Shown here: positions 9,413-19,681 of the stretch, piece after piece | Layout: each line of letters opens with the position of its first letter | Numbering within the stretch: the first letter of the stretch is position 1 | Assembly (NCBI GenBank): GCA_963750165.1 | Contig: CAVVPN010000003.1 | Span: forward strand, 384,001-448,000 | Origin: an uncultured Gemmataceae bacterium | Lineage (GTDB): Bacteria; Planctomycetota; Planctomycetia; Gemmatales; Gemmataceae | Direction: 5' to 3' | DNA: 64,000 nucleotides | Made by a program: the position numbers and the translations under genes | Notes under the pieces: model-generated | The model's database searches: none | What the model was told of the DNA's origin: nothing | The model's input: only the letters and a program-made list of their open reading frames with translations

Positions 9413-11806
9413 CTACGGCGTCAGCCGTTCGAGCACATGGTTGAGGAAGGTCAGCCAGTTGGGCTTGTCGCCTTCGGGCCGGAACGGGTCGAACTCGCGC
9501 TCAGGAATGGTCGGCAGGTAGGCGATGGCCGCGGTCACGGCCGTGCGCAGCACTTCCCGTGCGCGCTGCTTCAGCACCTCTTCCGGGATCACGTTGTAAC
9601 AACTCCACAGCCGCTGGCAGGCGAGCAGGCCCTCGATGTGGTTCTGGTAGCGCCGGGCCAACTCCTCATAGCGCCGCAACACCTCGCCGTAGGAGTTGCC
9701 CAGGTCGAACAGGCAGTCCGCGGCCACGAACAGCGCCTTGCGCTGCAGGGCCTCCTCCGAGGTCGTCAGCGGCCCCGCGTGCGCCCGCACGTCCAGATCG
9801 AACTCCAGCTTCTGATAAACCTCGAGCGCCTCCGCCAGCCGGTCGCGCTGCATGGACAGGTAGTACGCCTGCTTGGGGCTGGCGTGGTCGGCCTTGGCGT
9901 CGCGCAGGTGCTGGTCGGCCAGCTTGCGGTAACAGTCGCCGAGCTGATCGCGCAGCAGCAGTTGCTGTGGACAGTTGGGGTAGTGGCGGATGACCTCCTT
10001 GACCCGTACCGCCGCCTTGGCGTAGTCGCCCTGCTTGAAGTGGATGTCGGCGAGCATCACCAGCGACTGCGACTCCCCCCGGCCGGCCGCGCAGGCGCAG
10101 ATCCTCGCCCAGAATCTTCGCGGCCTTGTCGAGGTTCCCCCGGGCAACCTCCCACTGGGCCAGCTGCTGCCGGGCCTGCGAGGCGAACGGGGTGTCCTTG
10201 TACCGGTCATCAATGCACTTGCGATACGACTCCCGCGCCGTGTCCTTTTCGCCCAGCGCTTGCTGTGCCCTGGCCAGGCCGAACCACGCCGCCGCCTGGC
10301 CCGGCGCCGGCACGTCGTCGCGCGTCAGCCGCTTGTACAGCGCCACCGCCGCCGCGTAGTCCTGGGCCTGCACCAGACAGTCGGCACTGCGCCAGCCGCT
10401 GCAAATGGTCGCTCTGGCCCAGCGCCTGCGCCGATGCCTCGTACGCCTGGGCCGCCTTGCGGAACTGCTCCCGCGCCTTGCCCAGCAGCGCCGCCACCTC
10501 GGCCGGCTTGGCGGTGGTGCGGGCCTTGTCGCGCAGATACTTGCCGAGTTCCTCCGCTGCCTGGGCCTGACGCTCCTCGGCGACGCCGGTGGCGGCAATC
10601 TTGCGGTACGCCTGGGCCAGCAGTTGCAGGCTCAGGAAGTGGTGCCGCTGGCGGTAGACGGCGCAGCCGTGCTCGAACAGCTCGCGGGCAGCGTCCAGGC
10701 CGATCAGCGAGTTGCTGTACGTGGTCGTGACGTTCTCCAGAGCGAACTGAAAGTGTGGCAGGGCCGCCTCCGGATGGCTGCCGCCGAGCAGCGAATCGGC
10801 CAGCCGCAGTGCCGCCGCCTGGGCCTCCTCACCGCCGCAGCGCGTCGCCTCCTCGAACGCCTCACGGGCCTTCGCGGTTTGCGGCGGGTCGTCCAGCTCC
10901 AGGCAGGAGCCGAGCATGTACAGGACGCGACCGCGGCCGCCCAGCACCACCACCGGCTCCGCAAGCAGTTCGCGCCAGAGCAGAGCGGCCCGACTGTACA
11001 GGCCGTCCTCCTGACAGCAGCGCGCCTGCAGCGCCCTGGCCTGCCACTGCAACTCCGACGGCGCCCGCCGACTGATACCGTCGAGCACCTTGAGCGCCTC
11101 GGCGCGCTGGCCCTTCTCCAGCAGCAGTTCGCCGCGCTTCACCTTGGCCCGCGCCACGATGGCGTCGTCGTCGCACACGTCGATCAGTTTCTGGTTGACG
11201 CGCAGGGCCGCGTCCACGTCGCGGCCGGGCAGCTTCAGATACGCCTCGACCAGCAGGCCATAACCCTCGGCGGCGTCCTCGCCACTCAGGGGGCTGCCGC
11301 GGTTCATGTAGTCGATGGCGGCCTGCAAACTGCCGCCGCTCAGGTACAGCACGCGGCCCAGGCGGTAGCACAAACGGCCGCGGTCCTGGGCCGGCACGCC
11401 ACGGGCCTCCGCCTGTTCCAGGTGCGCCTGCGCCCGGCGCGGAGGTCGCGGGCGTGGTCGGCGGGGCCGAGGTCCGCCTGGCGCATGTAAGCGGTGCCGA
11501 CCAGGAAGTGGATCTCGCCGGCGGCGCGCGGATGCCGTTGCGAGCGTGCCAGCAGATCCTCGGCCAGCGGCAGCAGACGTTCGAGGTCGGGGGGGGCCTG
11601 GGCCAGACCACGGCGTAGCGTGGCGAGATCGCGCTCGACCTCCTGGGAGCCGGAGCTGTGGCTGAACGGCGTCAGCAGCGCCACGACGACGAGGGCAATG
11701 ACGCCGGCGAAGAAGGTCGGCACCTGCCACAGCTGGCCGGGCGCGGGGCAGCGCGGCCGCCGAGGTCTTCCAGCACCGTCCTGCGAGGAGCTGCATTCGT
11801 GCTCAT
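9413..11806 (-). CDS. Large membrane-anchored tetratricopeptide-repeat protein; four frameshifts (~11750, 11440, 10395, 10085)
   Basis: Five consecutive frames give a TM segment (QLWQVPTFFAGVIALVV) followed by continuous TPR-like helices. Confidence 0.7.
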
Positions 11807-11920
11807 GTTCGCTAGCCCACCGAGCCGCTTCAGGTTTCGCGGTTTCCGCCCTGCAATGGCGCCACCTTCGGGGTGGAGTTTGTGACAGAATCGTGGGTGG
11901 CTGTCAAGAGGGGTTTTTCG

Positions 11921-11942
11921 CGCCAAGCCGCAAGCGGCAGAA
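11921..11942. repeat. Solo half of the AAGCCGCAAGCGGCAGAA palindrome family
   Basis: Matches the arm of the doublet at 58492-58551. Confidence 0.55.
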
Positions 11943-11953
11943 GCAAGATGGGC

Positions 11954-12541
11954 TCAGGTGCGGAAATAGGCCGCGACGATCAGACCGATGCCGCCGATCA
12001 GGATCAGCGCATCCAGCAGCAGCGCCGCCAGCGCCCAGCGGCGGCCCATTGGCGTCAGCTTGCCCGGGGCCTCCCGAATATCCAGCAGCATCAGTATCGA
12101 AACGATGTGCAGCACCCCCGGACACAGCAGTCCGAAGACCGCCGCCAGCCAGGCCCGCCGCGCGATCACGTCTTTCGGCGAATCCAGGACCGCTTCCTCC
12201 TCGTCCTCGTCCTCGTCCTCGTCGAGCGGTTCCTCGTCGGTGGGCACGCGGACCTTCTCGGGGTTGGCGGTGATGTTTTCCTCCAGGCCGTAGTCGTCGC
12301 GGCGGCGGCCGCTGCCGCCGCGCTGCTTGACCCGCCGCAGGATGGCCTCGGCCCGGCCGGCGTCCTCCTCCGCCACCAGCAATTTGACGCCGCCGATTGC
12401 GGCAGCCCACAGCGGCACCATCGTGACCGACTCGGTGTCGCTCAGGTGCGCCGGGATGCCCTCTTCCTCCAGGCGGTTGCGCACCAGTTCCGCCTCGCCC
12501 ACCGAGTAAAACGCAGCGACCGTCACCCAGGAATCCTTCAT
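11954..12541 (-). CDS. DUF2007-like (putative signal-transducing) protein with acidic linker and C-terminal TM helices
   Basis: EAELVRNRLEEEGIPA...GGVKLLVAEED motif; poly-D/E stretch; two TM segments. Confidence 0.8.
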   Translation of the reverse strand: MKDSWVTVAAFYSVGEAELVRNRLEEEGIPAHLSDTESVTMVPLWAAAIGGVKLLVAEEDAGRAEAILRRVKQRGGSGRRRDDYGLEENITANPEKVRVPTDEEPLDEDEDEDEEEAVLDSPKDVIARRAWLAAVFGLLCPGVLHIVSILMLLDIREAPGKLTPMGRRWALAALLLDALILIGGIGLIVAAYFRT

Positions 12542-12550
12542 GACCGAGCC

Positions 12551-13747
12551 TCAACGGTTGGCGGCGAGCAGCCAGACCACCACGCCCGCCACGACGAGCA
12601 GGAGCAGGCCCAGCAGCCACCACAGTTTGTTGCCCAGCGGCCGACGGCCGACGTAGGTCACGGTCGGCTCGGCGGTCGTCTGCTGGCGGTCGGCCAGTAA
12701 TTTTTCCATCGCCCCGGGAGGCAACAGCAAAATGCCGCTGGCCTTGCCCAGTTCCTGTAACCGCAGGTACACCTCCACCGCGGTCGCCGGCCGCTCGTTG
12801 GGGTTCTGCTTCAGGCACTGCTCCAGAATCGGGCCGAGGTCCGGCGGCGCGTCGGGGCACAGCTCATGGAAACTCTTGCCCGTGACGAACGGTAGCTTGC
12901 CGGTCAGCGCCTCGTGCATGACCATCGCGGCGCTGTACAGGTCGGAGCGGGCGTCCACCGTCAGGCCGGCGAGTTGCTCCGGGCTCATGTAGCGCGGCGT
13001 GCCGAGGACGGCGCCCGGCTGCGTCAGCGGCTGGTCGCCGCCGAGCGGGTCGTCGCCGCGCAGGATGCGGGCGATGCCGAAGTCCAGCACGCGCACGTGC
13101 AGCCGTACGCCGCTCTGGTTCAGGAAGAAGATGTTGTCCGGCTTGATGTCGCGGTGGACGATGCTCTTGCCGTGGGCGTGGATCAGCGCCAGCAGCACCT
13201 GGGCGCTGAGCTGAATGCCAGCCCGCACCGGCAGCGGCCCTTCCTGCACCAGCCGTTCGCGCAGCGTCAGGCCCTGCAGGTACTCCATGACCAGATAAGG
13301 GCCGAGGCCGGGGTCGATGCCAAAGTCGTGAACGACGACGATGTGCGGATCGCTGAGCTGGCTGGCGATGCGGGCCTCGCGGTGGAAGCGGGCGTCGAAC
13401 TCCGCCTCGCGGCGCAGTTCGGGGTTGATGAGCTTGACGGCCACGTCGCGCTGCAGCGTCAGATCGACGGCGCGATAGACCTGGGCCATGCCGCCGCCGC
13501 CGCGCACCTCCTCCAGCCGATAACGGCCGCCGACCACCACCGGCAGGGTGAGGTTCTGGGTTTCCCCGGCGGGAGCGCGGCCGGCAGGCGTGACGGCGCT
13601 GTCCGGTGGGGCCGTCTCCTGGCCGACGACAGGCGGATCGGCGACGGTGACCGGCTGCGGCGCGGCGTCCTGCAGCGCTGTGCCGTCCGCTGGACAGAAG
13701 CGCACGCTCGCGTCCCAGGTCTTGCCGCAGGTCGGACACCGCTGCAC
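12551..13747 (-). CDS. Hanks-type Ser/Thr protein kinase with N-terminal Zn ribbon and C-terminal TM anchor
   Basis: CPTC...FCPADG, GGGGMAQVY, VAVK, HRDIKPDN, DFG, GTPRYMSPEQ, DLYS. Confidence 0.95.
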   Translation of the reverse strand: MQRCPTCGKTWDASVRFCPADGTALQDAAPQPVTVADPPVVGQETAPPDSAVTPAGRAPAGETQNLTLPVVVGGRYRLEEVRGGGGMAQVYRAVDLTLQRDVAVKLINPELRREAEFDARFHREARIASQLSDPHIVVVHDFGIDPGLGPYLVMEYLQGLTLRERLVQEGPLPVRAGIQLSAQVLLALIHAHGKSIVHRDIKPDNIFFLNQSGVRLHVRVLDFGIARILRGDDPLGGDQPLTQPGAVLGTPRYMSPEQLAGLTVDARSDLYSAAMVMHEALTGKLPFVTGKSFHELCPDAPPDLGPILEQCLKQNPNERPATAVEVYLRLQELGKASGILLLPPGAMEKLLADRQQTTAEPTVTYVGRRPLGNKLWWLLGLLLLVVAGVVVWLLAANR

Positions 13748-13769
13748 GGTCAGGCCCTCGTCAGGGGTC

Positions 13770-13850
13770 AGGGGTCAGAGTCGGAGCCCGAGCGCCAGCG
13801 CGGGGCCAAGCAGGCCCCGCGCTGGCGCTCGGGCTCCGACTCTGACCCCT
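13770..13850. repeat. Perfect 38-bp-arm palindrome
   Basis: AGGGGTCAGAGTCGGAGCCCGAGCGCCAGCGCGGGGCC and its reverse complement, 5-nt loop; deleted relative at ~9376-9408. Confidence 0.85.
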
Positions 13851-13859
13851 CTATGGTAA

Positions 13860-15881
13860 TCAGCGCTTCCCGATCCGCCAATCGTCATCGAACAGGCCGG
13901 CGGTCACCGTCTCGACCGCCAGCGCGTCCGTCTTCGTCGGCGCCAGCCGTAGCAGCGCGTAGTCGCCCAGGCGCGGATACAACAGCGCGTTGGTGCCCTG
14001 GTAGTCCGCTGCGTGGAAAGTGTGGCCGGAGTTCAGCACCAGATAACGCTTGTGGTTGAGCGGGTTCGGGTAGATCAGCACCGGCACGTGCTCCGCGGCC
14101 TTGACCTTTTGGCCCGCGAAGACGATGTGCTCCTTCGTCCACGTCAGCGGCAGCCCGTCCAGCGCGTGGCCGATCAGCGAGTTGGACGACGGATCGCCGA
14201 ACAGAATCAGGTGCTTCTTCTGAATGTCCTCGCGCGTCACCTCGGTGTCGTTTTTGACCGGCAGCTCGCCGCGCCAGTATTTGCCCCACTCGTTGTGGAA
14301 GCGCTGCAGGTTGTCTTTGGCGTACCTCTCCGTGGCGGCATGCCACGGCTTGCCGGTGCCGCGCACGCACAGGAAGGCGTCCGTGAAGGCGTCGTCGATC
14401 GGCCCAGACATGTTCGGCGCCTTCCACGGCCGCAGCAATTGTTGCTCGTCCAGGCGCTCGGGCAGGACGGGATACCACTTGCCGCCGCGCTTCTGCAGGT
14501 AGACCGCATACGGGCCGCCCTTGTTGCCCCACGGCCGGGCGGTCACCTGCTGCTTGTCGATGACCACCGTCATGTCGTGCAGCAGGCCCTTCGGCGTCCC
14601 CAACCGCAGCGAACGCACGTTGGCCGTCGTCACCTTGAAGCCGTCCTCCGTCTTCTCCGCGTCCACCAGGGCCCGTTCGTAGTGGCGCTCCAGGTTGAGG
14701 ATGTCCACCCAGTCGCAGTGATGGTACTTGAGCGTGTAGGTCACGAAGTGCACGCGGTTGGGATACTGCGTGTGCCCCTTCGTGATGTAGGGCTGCATCG
14801 CCTCCTGCACCTTCTTCTGCCACGCCGCCGGGAACTGGTGCTTCAGGCCCGGCGCGATCACGTGCGTCATGCGGTCGGCCATGCCGAACTGCTTCAGCCG
14901 CGCTTCAATGTTGTCCGCGGCCTTCTTCTGCGGGTCGTCGGCGCCGGAGTAGGCGACGATGGGCACCATGAAGGCGTTCTCGGCGTAATCGACGGCGTCG
15001 TAGATGCGCAGGCATTTTTCCTGGTAGTCCGGCAGTTTGGCGGGCAGTTTACCGACGTAGCCGTGCGTGGTGGTGAAGCCGGCGCCGGGCTGGATGACGC
15101 ACCAGGCGTCCGGACGGTGCAGGCCCAGGTGCCAGGTGCCGGCGCCGCCCATCGAGAAGCCGCGCAGCACCCAGCGCGACAGGTCCAGATACCAGTTCCG
15201 CTTCAGCGTGAACTCCAGCGCCACGAAGTTGGCCATCGCCTCCAGCACGTCCGACTCGCCAGCCCAGCGGTAAGCATTGTTGCCGCGACCGTAGATGTCG
15301 ATGCGCACGAACGGCTGGTCCTTCGGCGCTGCCTTGCCGGCGCCGAAGTTGTGCAGGAATTTCACCTCCGTCAGGCTGGTATCGCGGCCGTGCAGCACCA
15401 CGTCAATGCGATACTTCTTGTCGTCCATGCCGTAGCCGGGCGGCAGCGTGACGGCGTAGGGCTGCACCGAGCCGTCCAGGCGCGAGCGATAGGCACGCAC
15501 CACCGTGGAGCCGGGCTTCTTGATCCAGTCGAAATTCTTGTTCTCGACCTGCTTGACGCGCTCCAGACCGCGGTCCAGCACCTCCAGCGTCCAGGCGGCG
15601 TACTCCGTCTTGAAAAACTCGTTGTGCTTGACGATGTTGACGGCGGCCTGGTGGAACACCTCCAGCTCAGGCAGCAGCGGATCGGGGCCGGCGCCGCGGT
15701 ATTTTTGGATCGCCCGGTCGAGCTGGTTGGTCTTTTCCTGGATCTGCTTGAGGACCTCGGGGCTGGGTGCCTGGCTGGGCGGCGGCTTGTACTCCTGCGC
15801 AGGCGCGGCCGCCAGGCTCAGCAGCAGCGCGGCCATTGCCGCCGACGATAACCCGACGGGCAAGCACTTCATGTTCGACAC
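13860..15881 (-). CDS. Secreted alpha/beta hydrolase (prolyl oligopeptidase/esterase-like)
   Basis: Signal peptide, DGSVQPY, VVLHG, GFSMGG nucleophile elbow. Confidence 0.85.
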   Translation of the reverse strand: MSNMKCLPVGLSSAAMAALLLSLAAAPAQEYKPPPSQAPSPEVLKQIQEKTNQLDRAIQKYRGAGPDPLLPELEVFHQAAVNIVKHNEFFKTEYAAWTLEVLDRGLERVKQVENKNFDWIKKPGSTVVRAYRSRLDGSVQPYAVTLPPGYGMDDKKYRIDVVLHGRDTSLTEVKFLHNFGAGKAAPKDQPFVRIDIYGRGNNAYRWAGESDVLEAMANFVALEFTLKRNWYLDLSRWVLRGFSMGGAGTWHLGLHRPDAWCVIQPGAGFTTTHGYVGKLPAKLPDYQEKCLRIYDAVDYAENAFMVPIVAYSGADDPQKKAADNIEARLKQFGMADRMTHVIAPGLKHQFPAAWQKKVQEAMQPYITKGHTQYPNRVHFVTYTLKYHHCDWVDILNLERHYERALVDAEKTEDGFKVTTANVRSLRLGTPKGLLHDMTVVIDKQQVTARPWGNKGGPYAVYLQKRGGKWYPVLPERLDEQQLLRPWKAPNMSGPIDDAFTDAFLCVRGTGKPWHAATERYAKDNLQRFHNEWGKYWRGELPVKNDTEVTREDIQKKHLILFGDPSSNSLIGHALDGLPLTWTKEHIVFAGQKVKAAEHVPVLIYPNPLNHKRYLVLNSGHTFHAADYQGTNALLYPRLGDYALLRLAPTKTDALAVETVTAGLFDDDWRIGKR

Positions 15882-15963
15882 CTCAGTCAGAAGGGAAACT
15901 GCCAGCGCTCAAGTAAGATTGACCATACCGGGGCGGCGCGGCCGGAGCAAGCCCCCACTCGTT

Positions 15964-16038
15964 CGGAATGATGAATGCGGAAGGAGGAATGATGAATGCA
16001 GACAATTCATCATTCCGCATTCATCATTCCTCCTTCCG
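15964..16038. repeat. Inverted repeat built from GGAATGATGAATG units
   Basis: 22-bp arms 15978-15999 and 16017-16038 plus duplicated sub-units; lies between divergent genes. Confidence 0.8.
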
Positions 16039-16123
16039 GTAGTCAGTCCCCAACCGGCCTGGTATAGTGGCCGATGAGCCTCCGCCCCACAGATGAGAAC
16101 GACCCCGAACGAAAGGGCCCCCC

Positions 16124-16963
16124 ATGCCGTCACGGGCCGTGACGTTGGCCGTGCTGCTGTTCTGGCTGGCGACCACCGGCTGGATGATCTACCGCGACCA
16201 GGTGCAGGAGACGGACCTGCCGCCGGTGTTCAAATTCGACCACGCGGACGAGGTGTCCGGCAACCTCAAGCAGGCCAACTGGGAAGTGTTTTTTCAGGAC
16301 CGCCCCTTGCACGCGAAGTGGCACACCGGCCTGAGCTTCAAGGGCAAGGGCATTTTTGACCTGTCCTGCTCCTTCCTCAACACGGAGAAACGGCTGTCCC
16401 TGGCTGGCCTCACCGTCCACAACCTGTCGTTCAAGTACCGCACGAACCGCCGGGGCGAACTGGTGAGCCTGGAAGCCCGCGTGGAGGCTGAGCCGCCGGG
16501 GGCGCCTTTCTGGGTGGAAGTGCAAGCCGACTCCGCCGCCGACGACACCTGGGCCTTGCACTCCCGCGGCCCGAAGGAGCCCGCCCTGTGCCGGGTGCCG
16601 TCCGCGCGCGCCCTGTTTAACCCCCTGCACCCCAGCCCGGCGGTGGCCGGCCTGTACCCCGGTCAAACCTGGACGGTCACCGCCCTCGACCCCCTGGAGA
16701 ACGCCAGACCTGGTCCGCACCAGGGCAAGTACGTCAAGACCGCCCGCTGGCACGCTCGAGTGACGGCCGACGACCTGCCCCGCAAGTACCGGAACGTCCC
16801 CTGCTGGCGCGTGGACTACACCGGAGAGAACGGCGCGCTGCGGGCGCGGGTTTGGGTGTGGCGCCTTGACCACCAGGTCCAGCAGCAGGAAGTGTACTAC
16901 CCGGAGGGGATCTTGAAGTTGGTGCGCTTACCACCGCCGGAATGGAAAGGTCGGGGCAGGTAA
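16124..16963 (+). CDS. Membrane-anchored hypothetical protein, first gene of an ABC exporter operon
   Basis: N-terminal TM helix; stop overlaps the next ATG (TAATG). Confidence 0.75.
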   Translation: MPSRAVTLAVLLFWLATTGWMIYRDQVQETDLPPVFKFDHADEVSGNLKQANWEVFFQDRPLHAKWHTGLSFKGKGIFDLSCSFLNTEKRLSLAGLTVHNLSFKYRTNRRGELVSLEARVEAEPPGAPFWVEVQADSAADDTWALHSRGPKEPALCRVPSARALFNPLHPSPAVAGLYPGQTWTVTALDPLENARPGPHQGKYVKTARWHARVTADDLPRKYRNVPCWRVDYTGENGALRARVWVWRLDHQVQQQEVYYPEGILKLVRLPPPEWKGRGR

Positions 16964-17739
16964 TGATTATGATCGAACTCGACCAGGTGCGCAAACTGTA
17001 CGGAACCAAGGTGGCTGTCCACGACCTGAGCCTGCGCATCGAGCGCGGCGAACTGTTCGCCTTCCTCGGGCCGAACGGGGCCGGCAAGACCACGACCATC
17101 AAGATGATGTGCGGCCTGTTGTTCCCGACCGCCGGCCGCATTCGTATCGCCGGCTTCGACCTGGCAACGCAGGGCGAACAGGCGCGCCAGCTCATCAGCT
17201 ACGTGCCGGACCAGCCCTACGTCTACGAGCGCCTGACCGGCCGCGAGTTCCTGCAGTTCATCGCCGGCATGTACGGCATGGGCCCCGACCACGCCGAGCG
17301 GCGCACCGCGGAGATGATCGAGTTGTTTCGGCTGCAGGATTTCGTGGACGACCTGACGCAGAACTATTCGCACGGCATGCGGCAGCGGACGGTGTTCGCC
17401 GGGGCGCTGCTGCACGAGCCGCAGGTACTGATCGTGGACGAGCCGACGGTCGGCCTGGACCCGTCGAGCGTGCGGCTGTTGAAGAACCTGCTGCGGCAGC
17501 AGGCCGACGGCGGCACCACGGTGTTCCTGTCCACGCACTCGCTGGACGTGGCCCAGGAACTGGCGGGCCGCATCGGCATTGTGCATCAGGGCCGGCTCAT
17601 CAGTTGCGGCACGCTCGACGAGTTGCGCAAGCAGTCGGCGGTGGACGGGTCGCTGGAAGAGGTGTTCCTGGCGCTGGTGGAGGAGCAGGAGACGCCGGCG
17701 CCGACCGACACGAGGATCAAGTCCGGCAAGAAATCGTAG
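16963..17739 (+). CDS. ABC transporter ATP-binding protein (ABC-2 type)
   Basis: GPNGAGKT, YSHGMRQR, IVDEPTVGLD, STH. Confidence 0.95.
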   Translation: MIMIELDQVRKLYGTKVAVHDLSLRIERGELFAFLGPNGAGKTTTIKMMCGLLFPTAGRIRIAGFDLATQGEQARQLISYVPDQPYVYERLTGREFLQFIAGMYGMGPDHAERRTAEMIELFRLQDFVDDLTQNYSHGMRQRTVFAGALLHEPQVLIVDEPTVGLDPSSVRLLKNLLRQQADGGTTVFLSTHSLDVAQELAGRIGIVHQGRLISCGTLDELRKQSAVDGSLEEVFLALVEEQETPAPTDTRIKSGKKS

Positions 17740-17791
17740 CGGAAGTCGCCAGACTTCCGTGAACGCTCGGAAGTCTGGCGACTTCCGCTAC
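17736..17791. repeat. GTAG-type REP doublet, family 1 (second copy)
   Basis: Same arms as 7804-7873; its GTAG supplies the TAG stop of the ABC ATPase. Confidence 0.85.
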
Positions 17792-17839
17792 ACCAGAACG
17801 GAACGATCAAACGAGGCCCCAATCCCATCACGGTGACGC

Positions 17840-19594
17840 ATGGCCACGACCACCCTGGCCCCCCCGACTTCGGCCCCGACCCCCGGCGGCCCGGCCCGGC
17901 TGCTGCAGTGGCTGCGCTGGCGGCAGCTGCGCAACAGCATGGGCGTGGTTTTCCGCCAGTCGGCGGTGCGCACCCTGACGGTGGTGCTGTGCAGCGCCTT
18001 CATCTGGCTGTCGGTCTTCGGCCTGAGCTACTTCGGCTTCCTTAGCCTGAAGCAAAAGAACTGGGACTTCCCGCTCGATGGCCAGATCATGGTGTTGCTG
18101 TTCAACCTGATGTTCCTGACGCTGACCGTGCTGCTGATCTTCTCGACGGCGCTGATCCTGTACAGCAGCCTGTTCGCGTCGGCGGAGACCACCTTCCTGC
18201 TGAGCGGGCCGCTGCCGGAAGATCAGATTTTCGCCCACAAGTACCAGTCGGCGGTCGGCTTCAGTAGCTGGGCGTTCGTGCTGCTGGGCAGCCCCATCCT
18301 GCTGGCCTACGGTATGCTCGTCAACGACGGGGCGCCGTGGTACTTCTACGCGCTGTTGCCGCTGTACTTCTTCGGTTTCGTGCTGCTGCCCGGCTCGCTG
18401 GGGGCGCTGCTGTGCCTGCTGGTCGTCAACTTCCTGCCGCAGCGCCGCAAAACCATCCTGCTGCTGGGGGCCGTGCTGGTCGTGCTGGGCACGGCGGCGT
18501 GGTTCTACTTCCGGCTGGTGCCGAATTTCCAGAACGCCGGCCGCCAGCCGGACTGGCTGCACGAACTGCTCGGCGAATTTTCGGTACTGCACGGGCCGCT
18601 GATGCCGGCGCAGTGGATCGCTCAGGGCCTGCAGGCGGCGGCGCTGGGCGAACTCGGCGAGGCGCTCTATTTCCTGGCGCTGATCTGGGCGAACGGGCTG
18701 TTCCTGTACGTGGTGACGGCGTGGGCGGCGCGTCACCTGTACCGCCGCGGCTACAACCGCGTCGCCGCCGGCGGCACTGCCCGCAAGCGCTACGGCACCT
18801 CCTGGCTGGACCGGGTGCTCAGCGTGCTACTCGGCTTCCTCGATCCGCAGACCCGGCTGCTGACGATCAAGGACTTCCGCACCTTTCGCCGCGATCCGAG
18901 CCAGTGGGCGCAGGTGCTCATCTTCGTCGGCCTGGCGCTGCTGTACTTCGGCAACATGCGCCGCTTTTACGAGCAGGATTTCCGCGGCCCGTTCCAGAAC
19001 GGCATCAGTCTGATTAACCTGATTGCGGTATCGTTCCTGATGTGCGCGTACACGGGGCGGTTCATCTATCCGATGCTGAGCCTGGAGGGCCGCAAGTTCT
19101 GGATTCTGGGCCTGCTGCCGTTGCGACGTGAACGGCTGCTCTGGGGCAAGTTCGCGTTCTCGGCGACGGGCTGCGTGTTCTTCGCGGAGTTGCTGACGAT
19201 CGCCAGCGACATCATGCTGAACATGCCGTGGTTCGTGCTGCTGCTCCACGCGCTGACGATTGGCGTGCTGGCGCTGGCGTTCAGCGGGCTGAGCGTCGGG
19301 CTGGGAGCGTGCCTGCCGAACTTCCGGGAGAGCGACCCAAGCAAGATCGCGGTCGGCTTCGGCGGCACGCTGAACCTGGTGGCGGGGCTGATCCTGCTGC
19401 TTCTGGTAATCTGTCTGATGGCGGTGCCGTGCCACGTGGTCATGGGCCAGCAGCTGGCGATGGGGTATAGCCTGCGGGTCGAGCCGTACGAGTGGATTGT
19501 TCTCAGCGCGGTGCTCGGCACGGCCATCGGGTTGGCGGCGACGGTGGTGCCGTTGCAGATGGGGGCGTGGGCGCTGCGACGCATGGAGTTCTAA
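17840..19594 (+). CDS. Putative ABC-2 type exporter permease
   Basis: Many TM helices; KDFRTFRRDPSQW and SLEGRKFWIL motifs; follows the ATPase. Confidence 0.88.
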   Translation: MATTTLAPPTSAPTPGGPARLLQWLRWRQLRNSMGVVFRQSAVRTLTVVLCSAFIWLSVFGLSYFGFLSLKQKNWDFPLDGQIMVLLFNLMFLTLTVLLIFSTALILYSSLFASAETTFLLSGPLPEDQIFAHKYQSAVGFSSWAFVLLGSPILLAYGMLVNDGAPWYFYALLPLYFFGFVLLPGSLGALLCLLVVNFLPQRRKTILLLGAVLVVLGTAAWFYFRLVPNFQNAGRQPDWLHELLGEFSVLHGPLMPAQWIAQGLQAAALGELGEALYFLALIWANGLFLYVVTAWAARHLYRRGYNRVAAGGTARKRYGTSWLDRVLSVLLGFLDPQTRLLTIKDFRTFRRDPSQWAQVLIFVGLALLYFGNMRRFYEQDFRGPFQNGISLINLIAVSFLMCAYTGRFIYPMLSLEGRKFWILGLLPLRRERLLWGKFAFSATGCVFFAELLTIASDIMLNMPWFVLLLHALTIGVLALAFSGLSVGLGACLPNFRESDPSKIAVGFGGTLNLVAGLILLLLVICLMAVPCHVVMGQQLAMGYSLRVEPYEWIVLSAVLGTAIGLAATVVPLQMGAWALRRMEF

Positions 19595-19595
19595 C

Positions 19596-19680
19596 AAACA
19601 GGATCCACAGATGACACAGATGAAAACAAAAGAAGTTTGTTTTCATTGTTTTTTATCTGTGACAGCTGTGGATCCTGTTT
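19596..19680. repeat. AT-rich inverted repeat with CACAGAT units (possible bidirectional terminator)
   Basis: AAACAGGATCCACAG...CTGTGGATCCTGTTT between convergent genes; related to 55068-55148. Confidence 0.8.
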
Positions 19681-19681
19681 T

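Noticed and set aside
14013..15851. 612-aa plus-strand ORF (and similar long antisense ORFs at 4263, 46899, 50297, 52388)
   Set aside because: Shadows of well-supported opposite-strand genes
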